Counted from the first letter of the stretch, positions 35,906-49,591 are shown. The stretch: DNA of 64,000 nt from Ranitomeya imitator (GCF_032444005.1 NC_091284.1:415090001-415154000), one strand, 5' to 3'. Numbers and translations: made by a program. The notes: a model not told the origin generated them from the sequence alone.

Positions 35906-38900
35906 AGTTATAATTGGGGGGTTTCCACTGTTTCGGCACATCAGGGGCTCTCCAAAAACGATATGGCGTCCGATCTCAATTCCAGCCAATTCTGCGTTGA
36001 AAAAGTAAAACAGTGCTCCTTTCCTTCCGAGCTCTCCCAAGTACCCAAACAGGGGTTTACCCTCACATATGGGGTATCAGCGTACTCAGGACAAATAGGA
36101 CAACAACTTTTGTGGTCCAATTTTTCCTGTTACCCTTGGGAAAATACAAAACTGGGGGCTAAAAAATAATTTTTGTGGGAAAACAAAAAGATTTTTTATT
36201 TTCACGGCTCTGCGTTATAAACTGTAGTGAAACACTTGGGGGTTCAAAGTTCTCACAACACATCTAGATAAGTTCATTGAGGGGTCTAGTTTCCAATATG
36301 GGGTCACTTGTGGGGGGTTTCTACTGTTTAGGTACATTAGGGGCTCTGCAAACGCAATGTGACGCCTGCAGACCAATCCATCTAAGTCTGCATTCCAAAT
36401 GATGCTCCTTCCCTTCCGAGCCCTCCCATGCGCCCAAACGGTGGTTCCCCCCCACATATCGGGTATCAGCGTACTCAGGACAAATTGGACAACAACATTT
36501 AGGGTCCAATTTCTCCTGCTAACCTTGGAAAAATACAAAACTGGGGGCTAAAATATAATTTTTGTGGAAAAAAAAATATTTTTTATTTGCACGGCTCTTC
36601 GTTATAAACTGTAGTGAAATACTTGGGGGTTCAAAGCTCTCACAACACATCAAGATGAGTTCCTTAGGGGGTCTACTTTCCAAAATGGTGTCACTTGTGG
36701 GGGGTTTCTACTGTTTAGGTACATTAGGGGCTCTGCAAACGCAATGTGACGCCTGCAGACCAATCCATCTAAAATATAATTTTTGTGGGAAAAAAATTTT
36801 GTTTTATTTTTATGGCTCTGCATTATAAACTTCTGTGAAGCCCTTGGTGGGTCAAAGTGCTCACCACACATCCAGATAAGTTCCTTAGGGGGTTTACTTT
36901 CCAAAATGGTGTCACTTGTGGGGGGTTTCAATGTTTAGGCACATCAGTGGCTCTCCAAACGCAACATAGCGTCCCATCTCAATTCCTGTCAATTTTGCAT
37001 TGAAAAGTCAAACGGCGCTCCTTCCCTTCCGAGCTCTCCCATGTGCCCAAACAGTGGTATACCCCCACAAATGGGGTATCAGCGTACTCAGGACAAATTG
37101 GACAACAAGTTTTGAGGTCCAATTTCTTCTCTTACCCTTGGAAAAATAAAAAATTGGGGGCAAAAATATAATTTCTGTGAAAAAATATGATTTTTTATTT
37201 TTACGGTTCTGCATTATAAACTTCTGTGAAGCACTTGGTGGGTCAAAGTGCTCACCACACCTCTAGATAAGTTCCTTAGGGGGTCTACTTTCCAAAATGG
37301 TGTCACTTGTGGGGGGTTTCAATGTTTAGGCACATCAGTGGCTCTCCAAACGCAACATGGCGTCCCATCTCAATTTCTGTCAATTTTGCATTGAAAAGTC
37401 AAACGGCGCTCCTTCCCTTCTGAGCTCTGCCATGCGCCCAAACAGTGGTTTACTGCCACATATGGGGTATCAGCGTACTCAGGACAAATTGGACAACAAC
37501 TTTTGAGGTCCAATTTCTTCTCTTACCCTTGGAAAAATAAAAAATTGGGGGCAAAAATATAATTTTTGTGAAAAAATATGATTTTTTATTTTTACGGTTC
37601 TGCATTATAAACTTCTGTGAAGCACTTGGTGGGTCAAAGTGCTCACCACACATCCAGATAAGTTCCTTAGGGGGTCTACTTTCCAAAATGGTGTCACTTG
37701 TGGGGGGTTTCAATGTTTAGGCATATCAGTGGCTCTCCAAACGCAACATGGCGTCCCATCTCAATTCCTGTCAATTTTGCATTGAAAAGTCAAACGACGC
37801 TCCTTCCCTTCCGAGCTCTCCCATGCGCCCAAACAGTGGTTTACTGCCACATATGGGGTATCAGCGTACTCAGGACAAATTGGACAACAACTTTTGGGGT
37901 CCATTTTCTCCTGTTACCCTTGGTAAAATAAAACAAATTGGAGCTGAAGTAAATTTTTTGTGTAAAAAAGTTAAATGTTCATTTTTATTTAAACATTCCA
38001 AAAATTCCTATTAAACACCTGAAGGGTTAATAAACTTCTTGAATGTGGTTTTGAGCACCTTGAGGGGTGCAGTTTTTAGAATGGTGTCACACTTGGGTAT
38101 TTTCTATCATATAGACCCCTCAAAATGACTTCAAATGAGATGTGGTCCCTAAAAAAAATGGTGTTGTAAAAATGAGAAATTGCTGGTCAACTTTTAACCC
38201 TTATAACTCCCTAACAAAAAAAAAAATTTGGTTCCAAAATTATGCTGATGTAAAGGAGACATGTGGGAAATGTTACTTATTAAGTATTTTGTGTGACATA
38301 TCTCTGTGATTTAATTGCATAAAAATTCAAAGTTTAAAAATTGCGAAATTTTCAAAATTTTCGCCAAATTTCCGTTTTTTTCACAAATAAACGCAGGTAC
38401 TATCAAAGAAATTTTACCACTATCATGAAGTACAATATGTCACGAGAAAACAATGTCAGAATCACCAGGATCCATTGAAGCGTTCCAGAGTTATAACTAA
38501 ATAAAGGGACAGTGGTCAGAATTGTAAAAATTGGCCTGGTCATTGACGTGCAAACCACCCTTGGGGGTAAAGGGGTTAATGTATTTGTCTATATTTGCCC
38601 CGTATTCACATGTAAAGCGCCATGGAATAAATGGCGCTATAAAAATGTATAATAATAATAATAATAATATATGCTGCTCCAAGTGTATGATGGGCCCCAT
38701 ATAATGCTCCATATATAATGGGCCCCATATATGATGCTCCAGTGTATGATGGGCCCCATATACTTCTCCATATATAATGGGCCCCATATATGATGCTCCA
38801 GTGTTTTATGGGTCCCCATATATTGCTCTATACATTAAAGAAAATGAAATACTCATGTCTCCTCGCTGGCCCCTGCTCTGATCCGGACTCCTTAGCATTG

Positions 38901-39848
38901 GAATCTTCCAGCTCTCTGCATTGTGACTGTTCAGACAGAGGGTGCACAGACGTGATTTCATCGTTCCCTATGACCTGAAACCTCACAGTCAGAAGACATG
39001 TAAGACGCCGCAGCGGAGGAACAGGAAGAGGTAAGTATTGCAAGTATCAGGGCCCTGAGTAAGCGGGGGGATGCCACTGAAGTTGTCGGCACTGGCACAG
39101 ACACCAGGCTCGCATAGCGAGTTCCCTACGGCGAGTGTCTCCTTCCTGCTCAGAGCATTGACACTTGCCTGGGTGCTGACGCCGACCTAGATTGTTTTAT
39201 TAAGACTGTGATTTATATTATGGATAAATCTGGACTCTTGTAGTTTCTGATTAGGGGATACAGGTTATGAATTTGATTGCAGTTTACTTGCCCAATAATA
39301 TCAGGAACTTAGTAACTACTGTAGACAGCAGTCTCAAGATTTTGTTCCTTCTTGGAACAGATTAGTAGTGATTGGCTCACTCTGAGGCACTGGGTGTAGT
39401 TCCTGGAGGGGTCCTGTTTCTTCTTGCAGAATGCACCAGCTGACATAGGAAGATTTACAGTTAAGGCAATGCTCTCTTGAAAATAGTTATGCAAAAAAGG
39501 TCTCCTCTAGAAAGGAGAAAATGGTCTCTCTAATGAGTGAAATAGGCAGCTACTCTGTAGGTAAATGTCCAAACTATTAAAATCTTGGATCATGACCAAA
39601 CATTTTAGCCAACTGTAAGATAACGCTTACTGCATGTGTTGGGGGACACTCGCTTACGCTACTTTCACACATCAGGCTGAATCCAGCGGCGCATCAGAGC
39701 AATGGATCCGGCGTAAATTGTGAAAAACTGATGGGATGGATCCGTTTTTTAAAAACGCCCATGGGAGGCTCGCAAACGCGATTGGCTACTGCAAACCTAT
39801 ATATACAGTGTTCCTACAGCCCATCTTTGACAGGTTGAAGCGGAGCAA

Positions 39849-41211
39849 GTGGCGAAGATGGAAGGCGTGATGGCAAACATTCTGAAGGTTAATGTGGATT
39901 TTACTGTTGAGGCGAATCGTTTGAAAGCGATTGTTCTGGAGAAGGAGCGAGAGAGACAGCGCATCATGCGTCAGCGGCGTTTGTGGATACACCCAATCAC
40001 TTTATACATGGAGCTACGAGGAAACCCTGAGAAGTTTTTCAGCTACGTGCAGATGAAAGCGGAGATCTTCGATTTGTTGGTGGAACGGATTGGACACCTC
40101 ATCGCAAGAAGTGATACATATTGCCGCTTCTCAGTTTCACCGGCGGAGCATCTGATGGTGACTCTTATGTAAGCCATTTTTACTGTATGCCCTACTGTTA
40201 AAGCACACTTATAACTGTAATGTTGTTGCTAGTAGTTTTTAAATATAGTTTTCATTGTATCTCCTAATGCTAAAGCTGACTTCTAACTGTACTGTTATTG
40301 CTGGTATTTTGTACTAATTTTTCTCTTTTTTTTCACAGATTCCTTGCAACTGGAGAATCCCTTTCATCACTCCATTTCCAGTTCAGACTTGGGATTTCCA
40401 CCATATCCGGAATTGTGAAGCACACCTGCCGTGCATTGTGGGACTCTTTACATAGCGAATTTATGCCACATCCCACAACGGAGAGTTGGCTGGAAATAGC
40501 AGAAAAATTGTAACAAATATGTCAGTTTCCCAGTTGCTTGTATGCACAGTGGACAGGAAACATATCTGCATCGTCAAACCTGCTGGATCTGGATATGAAT
40601 ATTTTAACTATAAAAATATTTCTCCATTGTGCTCATGGCCATCGCAGAATGCAAATTTATAGTGGTCGATATTGGGGCCTATGGCTGCTCCAATGATTCG
40701 CAAGTTGTTAAAGTGTCTGCAATGGGGCGTCATATCTATGGAAACACCTTCCAATTTCCACCCCCAAGAACACTGCCTGAAACTTCTGGGCCACCAATGC
40801 CATTTGTATGTGTTGGAGCTGAAGCCTTCCAACTCTTGGAACACCTGCTGAAACCATACTCCAGTAGTGGATTGACGCAAACTAAAAGAATTTTTAGTTA
40901 CCGCCTAACACGAACACGAAGAATGGTGGAGGGATGGGATTCTCACAGCCAAATGGCGAGTTCTGTTGACCCCAATTAACCTGAAGACTGAGATTGTTGA
41001 CGAGGTGGTGAAAGCTTGTATGGTCCTGCACAATTTTGTCATATGCAAGGAACATATTTCCATTGATGACCACTCTGAAGAAACCACCTTGCATGATTAT
41101 CAGAACATTACTTTTGGAAGATCTGTTTCAGTTTCCAGAATGAGGGACAAATTTGCTGAATACTTTATTTCACCTCAAGGAAGTGTAGACTGGCAGGATG
41201 AGAGAGTTTGA
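39849..41211 (+). pseudogene. HARBI1-like Harbinger transposase, degenerate, with an intron at 40169-40338
   Basis: RRLWIHPI, FLATGES, YFNYKK/SIVLMA, DIGAYG.SNDS, RLTRTRRMVE, KACMVLHNF; stop at 40510 and frameshifts; the catalytic DE appears as AE (CVGAEAF). Confidence 0.88.
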
Positions 41212-41224
41212 AAAATGTGTCTTG

Positions 41225-41380
41225 GACCTTGTTACCAAGAGTATTTAACCTTGTTTTACCCAAAGTATTGTACCTGGTTGGGATTTTCCCAAAGTATTGT
41301 ACCTCTTTTACGCACAGTATTGTACCTGGTTGGGTTTTACCCAAAGTATTGTACCTGTTTTACCCAAAGTATTGAACCTT
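41225..41380. repeat. Short tandem repeat (TTTTACCCAAAGTATTGTACC core, about 5 copies) between the two Harbinger gene ends
   Basis: Directly visible. Confidence 0.75.
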
Positions 41381-41459
41381 ATAATTTAATAAATGAAAGA
41401 CAACATTTTTAAACCAAAAAAACTGTTTTATTTACAAATTATTTACAAAATGTTTATAA

Positions 41460-42993
41460 ATTTAAAAAGTGTGGGGTGGAGATAATACTGGAGGGGCTGT
41501 CAGATTGGGACACTTCGACAGTGGGAGTGTGGCGAGAGGATTGTGGTGTAGACTGATCAGGAGGAAAAACAGAAGGAGAAGGGGTGGAGAAAGAAAGAGA
41601 ACGTGTGGACATGAAACCGGGAGTAGTGTTGGGAATTTGGAAGGTTGGAGGGATGGAGTGGAGGGATTGGGAGGCAGAAGAGGTGGTGGGTGGAGAAGAG
41701 GGTTGTGTTTGGGGCATGATGGGTGTGGAAGGAGACTGTTGGTAGTGGGCAGGGAGTACAGTTTGGGCAGGGAGTGGAGGCGCAGATGATGTGGTTGGGA
41801 ACTGGTACGGGGCAGAATGCTGGTATTGTATAAGAGTGGGAGGAGGGAAAGTGGCTGGAGGGGGGTAGGTGCAGGAGAAACTACCAGGGTGGGTGGAGGG
41901 GCTTGGGAGGTAACATGTGCTTGGGCAAACTGGCAGGCTTGCATTACATGCTTCTTCTGGTCAGGAGATAGCTTGTCTATGCACTCGAGTACTGCCTGGA
42001 AAAACGAGTGGTTTGACGATTTACTTGCATCTGAATGCATCCTATCCAGACGTGTGTGTAACTCAAGAATACTGTTGTCGAGCAAATTAAATCCTGCAGT
42101 CATTTGCTCAGACAACAGTTTCAGACAGTTCTGGAAGCATAGCTCTTTTCCTGATCCCTCTGGCGCTGCAGCCCAGAACCCACAGGTGTTTTAGAGGTGG
42201 CAGCATCAGAGGGGTGGGGTAAAGGAAAAGCTATATCCTCACCAGCAGCTTCATGTAACAAAGTCAGCCACGATGCTCCAGCACTGGTGGATGGGACCGA
42301 GGGATCAGATGTGAGGGAAGGCTCAGAAGGTGCAGAGGGGTCAGTCTGTTGAAGTATCCCACGGTGGCAGTCTTCTGAGGGATCGCTCCAGAAGGATTCA
42401 AGTCTGCAGGTTCCCGAGTGCTGCAGACGGTGCTGTGGAAAAAAAAAAAAAAAGGTAATTAATATATTGATATTGCTTGGCCCTGGCTGAAACCCCCAAA
42501 AACGTGTTAGACGTAAACATTTTTATTAAATGGGGTGGGTAATATTTACCTTCCGCTCACCATCGTCGACCGGAGGAACGACAGGGCTCTTGCATACTTA
42601 TACTTGCTCTTGCGTCCTCCCGATCCACTCGGGGCCCGCATCTCCTTGTTAAACTCCTTCTTAAAGTGATCCCTGATTGACCGCCACCGCTTGACAACTC
42701 TTTTGCCTGAAAAGTGAAAGCAAAAATAGGTTAGTATACAATACATTACATCCAGCAACATAACAGAACTGTGAATACTTACGCGCTTGATTCTGGGCCC
42801 GAGCATCGAGGTCCTCCAAGTGGTCCACAGGTTGTTGGCATACTTCCTCCCAGAGCCGACGGGTAACACCAAGATCTGTGTGGCGGTGGTCTCCCATGTT
42901 CCACAGCGGCTCCCACTCTCGGATTAGATCAATGAGGAGGTCGATGTCTAGCCCGGCCTCCTCACCGTCCGAGTCAGGAGCACGCTATGAAGC
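41460..42993 (-). pseudogene. MADF/Myb-SANT DNA-binding partner protein of the Harbinger element, spliced and degenerate
   Basis: LIDLIREWEPLWNMGD...RRLWEEV, intron, then KRVVKRWRSIRDHFKKE...YKYARALSFLR, a MADF-type tryptophan pattern. Confidence 0.8.
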
Positions 42994-43292
42994 CTGTTAA
43001 AAAAAGACAAAAAACAAAGACATTAGACTCAAAACAACAACATAAAGCGGAATAAAAAAAAAAAAAATGTGCTTGGATGTAGGCTTATGTGTTGTGTGTA
43101 CGGTGATGTCTGTGATGATGTGGTTCTGCGATGCATGTAAGAAACTTAGCAATTGCGAGCCCACTCCGGGTATTTCTCCACCCTGACCGTCTGCTTCGGG
43201 AAGCACCTCTGATGCTGCAGCTTCCTGTTATCCAAAAATTATATATATATATATATATACACATACTGTATATATATATATACACATATATA

Positions 43293-44867
<1,575 letters not shown>

Positions 44868-44944
44868 TATATATTAGAAAAAAAGGGGGGAAACAGCACA
44901 GCAGACTTCCAGAAAAAAAAGTGATGTTTATTGCCCAAATAGCG

Positions 44945-44978
44945 TGGCAACGTTTCGATACAATCCTTTTTCAAGCCA
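44945..44978 (-). ncRNA. Minimal hammerhead-like motif with a U3-A8 core, in a Penelope-like 3' tail (about 44880-44985)
   Basis: Minus strand: TGGC-TTGAAAA-A-GGAT tgt ATC-GAAA-CG-TT-GCCA, followed by AATAAA. Confidence 0.55.
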
Positions 44979-45082
44979 AGGATTGTATACATTTATTTAC
45001 CTCACAGCGCTGATGCTGTGGGGGAGGGACATGGCTTGCTATGGCTGGCTTCTGGCTGGCTGTGGCTGTAGCTGGCTGGCCG

Positions 45083-45285
45083 GCGGCGGGTTCAGCTCTG
45101 GTTGGCGGCAGGTTCAGCTCTGGCTTGGCAGCAGGTTCATCTCTGGCTGGCGGCAGGTTCAGCTCTGGTTGGCGGCAGGTTCAGCTCTGGTTGGCGGCAG
45201 GTTCAGGTCTGGCTGGCAGCAGGTTCAGCTCTGGCTGGCGGCAGGTTCAGCTCTGGTTGGTGGCAGTTTCAGCTGTGGTTGGCAG
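45083..45285. repeat. About 22-bp tandem repeat (GGCGGCAGGTTCAGCTCTGGTT, about 8 copies)
   Basis: Directly visible. Confidence 0.9.
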
Positions 45286-45499
45286 GTCTGTGTCTTGCTT
45301 GCTGGTAAATGGATGAATGGTAAATGGCAGGCTTTATATCTGTTTCCTAATTGGGGGCTAGCCAATTGTATCGGAGCATGCTCATTTAAAGGCTCCGATA
45401 CAATTGGATTCCATTCTAGCCAAAAGCCGGAAGCGCTGGATTCGGCCCTGTCCGGTTTTTCACCGCAGACAAAAAACGTTACTGCTTTCGGATATACAT

Positions 45500-46530
45500 A
45501 AGGCTTCCCATTGAGCCGATAATGACAAATGGTACCATCTTCACCAGCTACCTGGGCTTCATCATCAGCTGGTATCCTCAGTCTCACCACACTGGATTTA
45601 TTCACCATTTCCTTTCCATGTCTTCCAATGACTTTCTTCACCAGATTTCTGGGTACTTTAACAAAGCCCAGCCTTCCTGGCATGCTCCAAGCGTTGAGCG
45701 GCTTCCTTATTCCTCAACATGATCATCTGTTTCATGTGGAGGCATCGTAGGTGCACATCCGTCAGGATAGCAAACCCGCTTCACTGTGACTTCCCTAGTT
45801 GACAGTATCACCAACTGTTTCATCTCTGGTGCCCAGTTAACACTACATGCTTCTACTGCCTTTCTAAAGGCCTCATGCACATCCACACTAGCACACACTT
45901 CTCGCACGTCTTCAGATACCACTACCATGCACTTGAAGAGCGAAGACTCACTCTCTTCCTGGACGAAGGACTCCCGCAAGTCATCTGCCCTGACAGGTGA
46001 CTGTCTTGTTCAGCTCTTAGCGCAAACTCTTCCTGAGCTTTACCCTCTTCAAGACCTTTCGCCAAGATGGGCATTTGTAGCTCCGCCTCGTTACCACTCT
46101 GGCACTGCCACTGTAAGTCTGCGATCACCAACTTCTTCTCTTGCAGAAGACCTCCTGAAAGAGTACTCATGTCTTGAATACAAGCACAAGTCACTGCTTT
46201 CTCTTTAATTACATCCGCAAAGGGTGCATCTTGTTCAGCCTCTTTGCACCCTTTACATATCCAGCTATGGGAGAACTTGCCCTCTTTGTGGGGCTCTTCT
46301 TTACTGTACTCCCTTTCTTTCTTAGAGTCACAGTCACCCCAAGAGTCTGTGTCACACCCCACAATATGGTGAACCCTCAACCCACTCTCTATCTGGGTGT
46401 CAGCTCCACTCTTTTTAACTACCAGACCACTACTAGTCATATTGTGGTACACTTCAGGTGACATCATGTCAGTAAGTTGGGCAGACGCATCCTTTCCTCG
46501 GGTCATGCCTAACTTAGGACTGTCATGATT
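45500..46530 (-). mobile_element. Unassigned coding-like segment, possibly a decayed retroelement internal region
   Basis: Overlapping minus-strand ORFs (45922-46647, 45707-45979); no diagnostic motif recognised. Confidence 0.3.
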
Positions 46531-46599
46531 ACAGTCATGAATATGCGGCTCCACCTCCCATAGGGGTGGAGCTGCATATTCATTACTGTAATGGGCGCC

Positions 46600-47385
46600 T
46601 GTTGTGAATTCCACTCTTATGCTCCCTCCGGTGGTTGTAAGTGGCACTTTTGTGAGTTCTGCTCTTGGGCTCCCTCTGGTGGTTTTAAGTGGTATGGCTG
46701 CTCCTTGGATTTAGCAGTCTGCAGCTGCTTCCACTGATTGTCTTTCTGCTCGGCTATTTATGCCTGGCTTTTCCCTTCAGCCAGTACCACTTGTCAATGG
46801 TTCCTGGTTGGATTCACATCTCTCTTGGATTTCCCTGATATCCTGACCAGTCCTGCAAAGTTAAGTCCTTGCTTTGCTCTTTTCTGTCCACATGTTGTGG
46901 ACTTATTCGTTCTGTGCATTCTATGTTTTGTCCAGCTTGTTAGTATTGATTTTCAGTTAAGCTGGAAGCTCTGGGAAGCAGATTTACCCTCCACACCTTT
47001 AGTCAGGTGTGGAGATTTTTGTAAACTCTGTGTGGATTTTTGTAGTTTTTAAGACTGACCGCACAGTAATCTATCCTGTCTTATCTATCTAGCTAGATTG
47101 GCCTCCTGTGCTACATCCTGGTTTCATTCTGTGTATGTCTTTTTCCTCTCCAGTCACAGTCATTACTTGTGGGGGGCTATCTATCCTTTGGGGATTTTCT
47201 CTGAGGCAAGATAGTTTTCCTGTTTCTATCTTTAGGGGTAGTTAGTTCTCAGGCTGTGACGAGGTGCCTAGGGAGTGTCAGGAGCATCCCACGGCTACGT
47301 GTTGAGCTTAGGGACTGCGGTCAGTACAGGTACCACCTCCTTCAGAGCTCGTCCCATGTTGCTCCTAAACCACCAGTTCATAACA
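46600..47385. mobile_element. Solo LTR (Gypsy-type, TG...CA), inserted into a PIF-type MITE whose right TIR ends near 47816
   Basis: Starts TGTTGTGAATTC and ends GTTCATAACA; no partner LTR; TSD not clean (GCGCC vs GGCGG). Confidence 0.7.
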
Positions 47386-47975
47386 GGCGGCCCCACGTGA
47401 CCGCTCATACAGGAGAAGGTGCAGCGAGGACAGGACGCTGCGAGGGAGCCGGGTGAGTATTTTATTAACAGCGGGCGGGCGCACAGGGGGTGGGGACAGG
47501 GATCTTTATTTTAAACACGAAAAAAAAAAAAAGGATTTTTCATATCTTCTTTCCAGCAAATGCTGCTGGAGAGAAGATATGAATGGCGGCTTCAGCACCA
47601 AGTGGGGGGGACAGCGCTTACTGTAGCGCTGTCTCCTGCACGCTCCCACGAACACTGACATGTCTCCGTGTTTTGCACACGGATACATGGTCCGTGAAAA
47701 CATGCTGACATGTGCAGAGACACATTGATTTCAATGTGTCTACGTGAGTCAGTGTCTCCGGTACGTGAGGAAACTGTCACCTCACGTACCGGAGCCACTG
47801 ACGTGTGAAACCGGCCTTAGGGAGCCTTTTTAAATGCTTATGAAGCTTTTGCAGGTGTTTCTTGTTAATTATTCTAATTTACTGAGATAATGACTTTTGG
47901 GTTTTCATTGGCTTTAAGCCATAATCATCATTAACAGAAATAAAACACTTGAAATAGATCACTCTGTTTGTAGTA

Positions 47976-49591
47976 CAGTTGTGCTCAAAAGTTTACATAC
48001 CCCAGCAGAATTTTTGCTTTCTTGGCCTTTTCTCAGAGAATATGAATGATAACTCCAAAACTTTTTCTCCACTCATGGTTAGGGATTGGGTGAAGCCATT
48101 TATTGTCAAACTACTGTGTTTTCTCTTTTCAAATCATGACAACCCAAAACATCCAAATGACCCTGATTGAAAGTTCACATACCCCATTTCTTATAACCGT
48201 GTATTTCTCCCTCTAACACCAATGACAGCTTGAAGTCTTTTGTGGTAGTTGTGGATGAGGTTCTTTATTTTCTCAGATGGTAAAGCTGCCCACTCTTCTT
48301 GGCAAAAAGCCTCCAGTTCCTGTAAATTCCTGGGCTATCTAGCATGAACTGCGCGCTTGAGATCTCCCCAGAGTGGCTCAATGATAATGAGGTCAGGAGC
48401 CTGAGATGGCCACTCCAGAACCTTCACCTTGTTCTGCTCTAGCCAATGACAGGTCGACTTGGCCTTGTGTTTTGGATTGTTGTCATGTTGGAACGTCCAA
48501 GTACGTCCCATGCGCAGCTTCCGGTCTAATGAGTGCAAATTTGCCTCCAGTATTTGCTGATAACGTGCTGCATTCATATTTCCTTCAACTTTGACCAAGT
48601 TTCCTGTGCCTTTTTAGCTCACATATCCCCAAAACGTCAGCGATCCACCTCCATGCTTTATAGTAGAAATAGTGTTCCTTTCATCATATGCCTCTCTCCA
48701 AATGTATAATTTATGGTTGTGGCCAAAAAGTTCAATTTTGGTCTCATCACTCCAAATTCCCTTGTTCCAAAAGTTTTGAGGCTTGTCTCTGTACTGTTTT
48801 CTGTATTGTAGGTGAGATACTTTGTGGCATTTGTGCAGGAATGGCTTTCTTCCCGCGACTCGACCATGCAGCCCATTTTTCTTCAAGTGCCTTCTTATTG
48901 TGCATCTTGAAACGGCCACACCACTAGTTTTCAGAGAGTACTGTATTTCAGCTGATGTTATTTGTGAGTTTTTCTTTGCATCCGGAACAATTTTACTGGC
49001 AGTTGTGGTTGACATTTTTGTTGGTCTCCCTGACCGTGGTTTTGATTTTTACAGAGCCCCTGATTTTCCATTTGTTAATCAGAGTTTGAATGCTGCTGAC
49101 TGGCATTATCAATTCCTTGGATATCGTTTTGCATCCCTTTTCTGTTTTATACAGTTCAACTACATTTTCCCATAGATCCATTGACAATTCTTTTGCTTTC
49201 CTCATGATTCACAATCCAGAAACGTCAGTGGTTGGATGCAAGACTCTGCCTGGATCCCAGAAACTCACTCAGCTTTTATGCATACACACTAATTACAAGC
49301 AAACAGGTCACAGGTGAGCATGTTACCTTTAGTAGCCAATCAAACCCATTTGTGTCAACTTCCATGCATGTAATCAGGCCAAAATCACCAGGGTATGTGA
49401 ACTTTTGATCAGGGTCATTTGGATGTTTTGGGTTGTCATTATGATTTAAAAAGAGAAAACACAGTAGTTTGACAATAAATGGCTTCACCCAACCACGAGT
49501 GGAGAAAAAGTTTGTGTTATTCATATTCTCTGAAAAAAGGCAAAAAAAAGCAAAAATTCTGTCATGTTATGTAAACTTTTGAACACAACTG
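47976..49591 (-). mobile_element. Full-length degenerate Tc1, nested in the TIR of another Tc1 family (47820-49673)
   Basis: TA TSDs; TIRs CAGTTGTGCTCAAAAGTTTACATA; minus-strand fragments [26 protein letters not shown]; flanks match the right TIR of the 1675-4128 family. Confidence 0.9.

Larger units (their letters stand above)
34145..38575 (-). mobile_element. Large TTAA-targeting element, copy 2 (opposite orientation), containing TTAGGG-like repeats and an assembly gap
   Basis: TTAA TSDs at 34141-34144 and 38576-38579 inside the L2 3' UTR; reverse complement of copy 1 along its length. Confidence 0.85.
32707..38666 (+). mobile_element. 5'-truncated L2-clade LINE (RT pieces 32707-34002), 3' UTR split by TTAA element copy 2
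   Basis: [42 protein letters not shown]; one frameshift; tail GTAAAGCGCC...GGCGCTAT-(AAT)n at 38614-38666; candidate TSD ATATATGC at 32702-32709 and 38667-38674. Confidence 0.92.
39657..43250. mobile_element. Autonomous-type PIF/Harbinger transposon fossil with two convergent genes
   Basis: Left terminus TTA-CGCTACTTTCACACATCAG; DDE transposase on +, MADF/Myb gene on -; right TIR not found. Confidence 0.85.

Noticed and set aside
26725-38100. Many similar 60-110 aa ORFs and regularly spaced repeats, suggesting a gene array or CRISPR
   Set aside because: These are translations of a 390-bp tandem unit. There are no unique spacers and no cas genes, and the context is eukaryotic.
39849-41211. 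Host HARBI1 gene
   Set aside because: Stops, frameshifts, a mutated catalytic motif, an adjacent MADF gene and a TIR all indicate a transposon copy.
46595-47390. Target-site duplication for the solo LTR
   Set aside because: The flanks GCGCC and GGCGG do not match cleanly, so no TSD is claimed.
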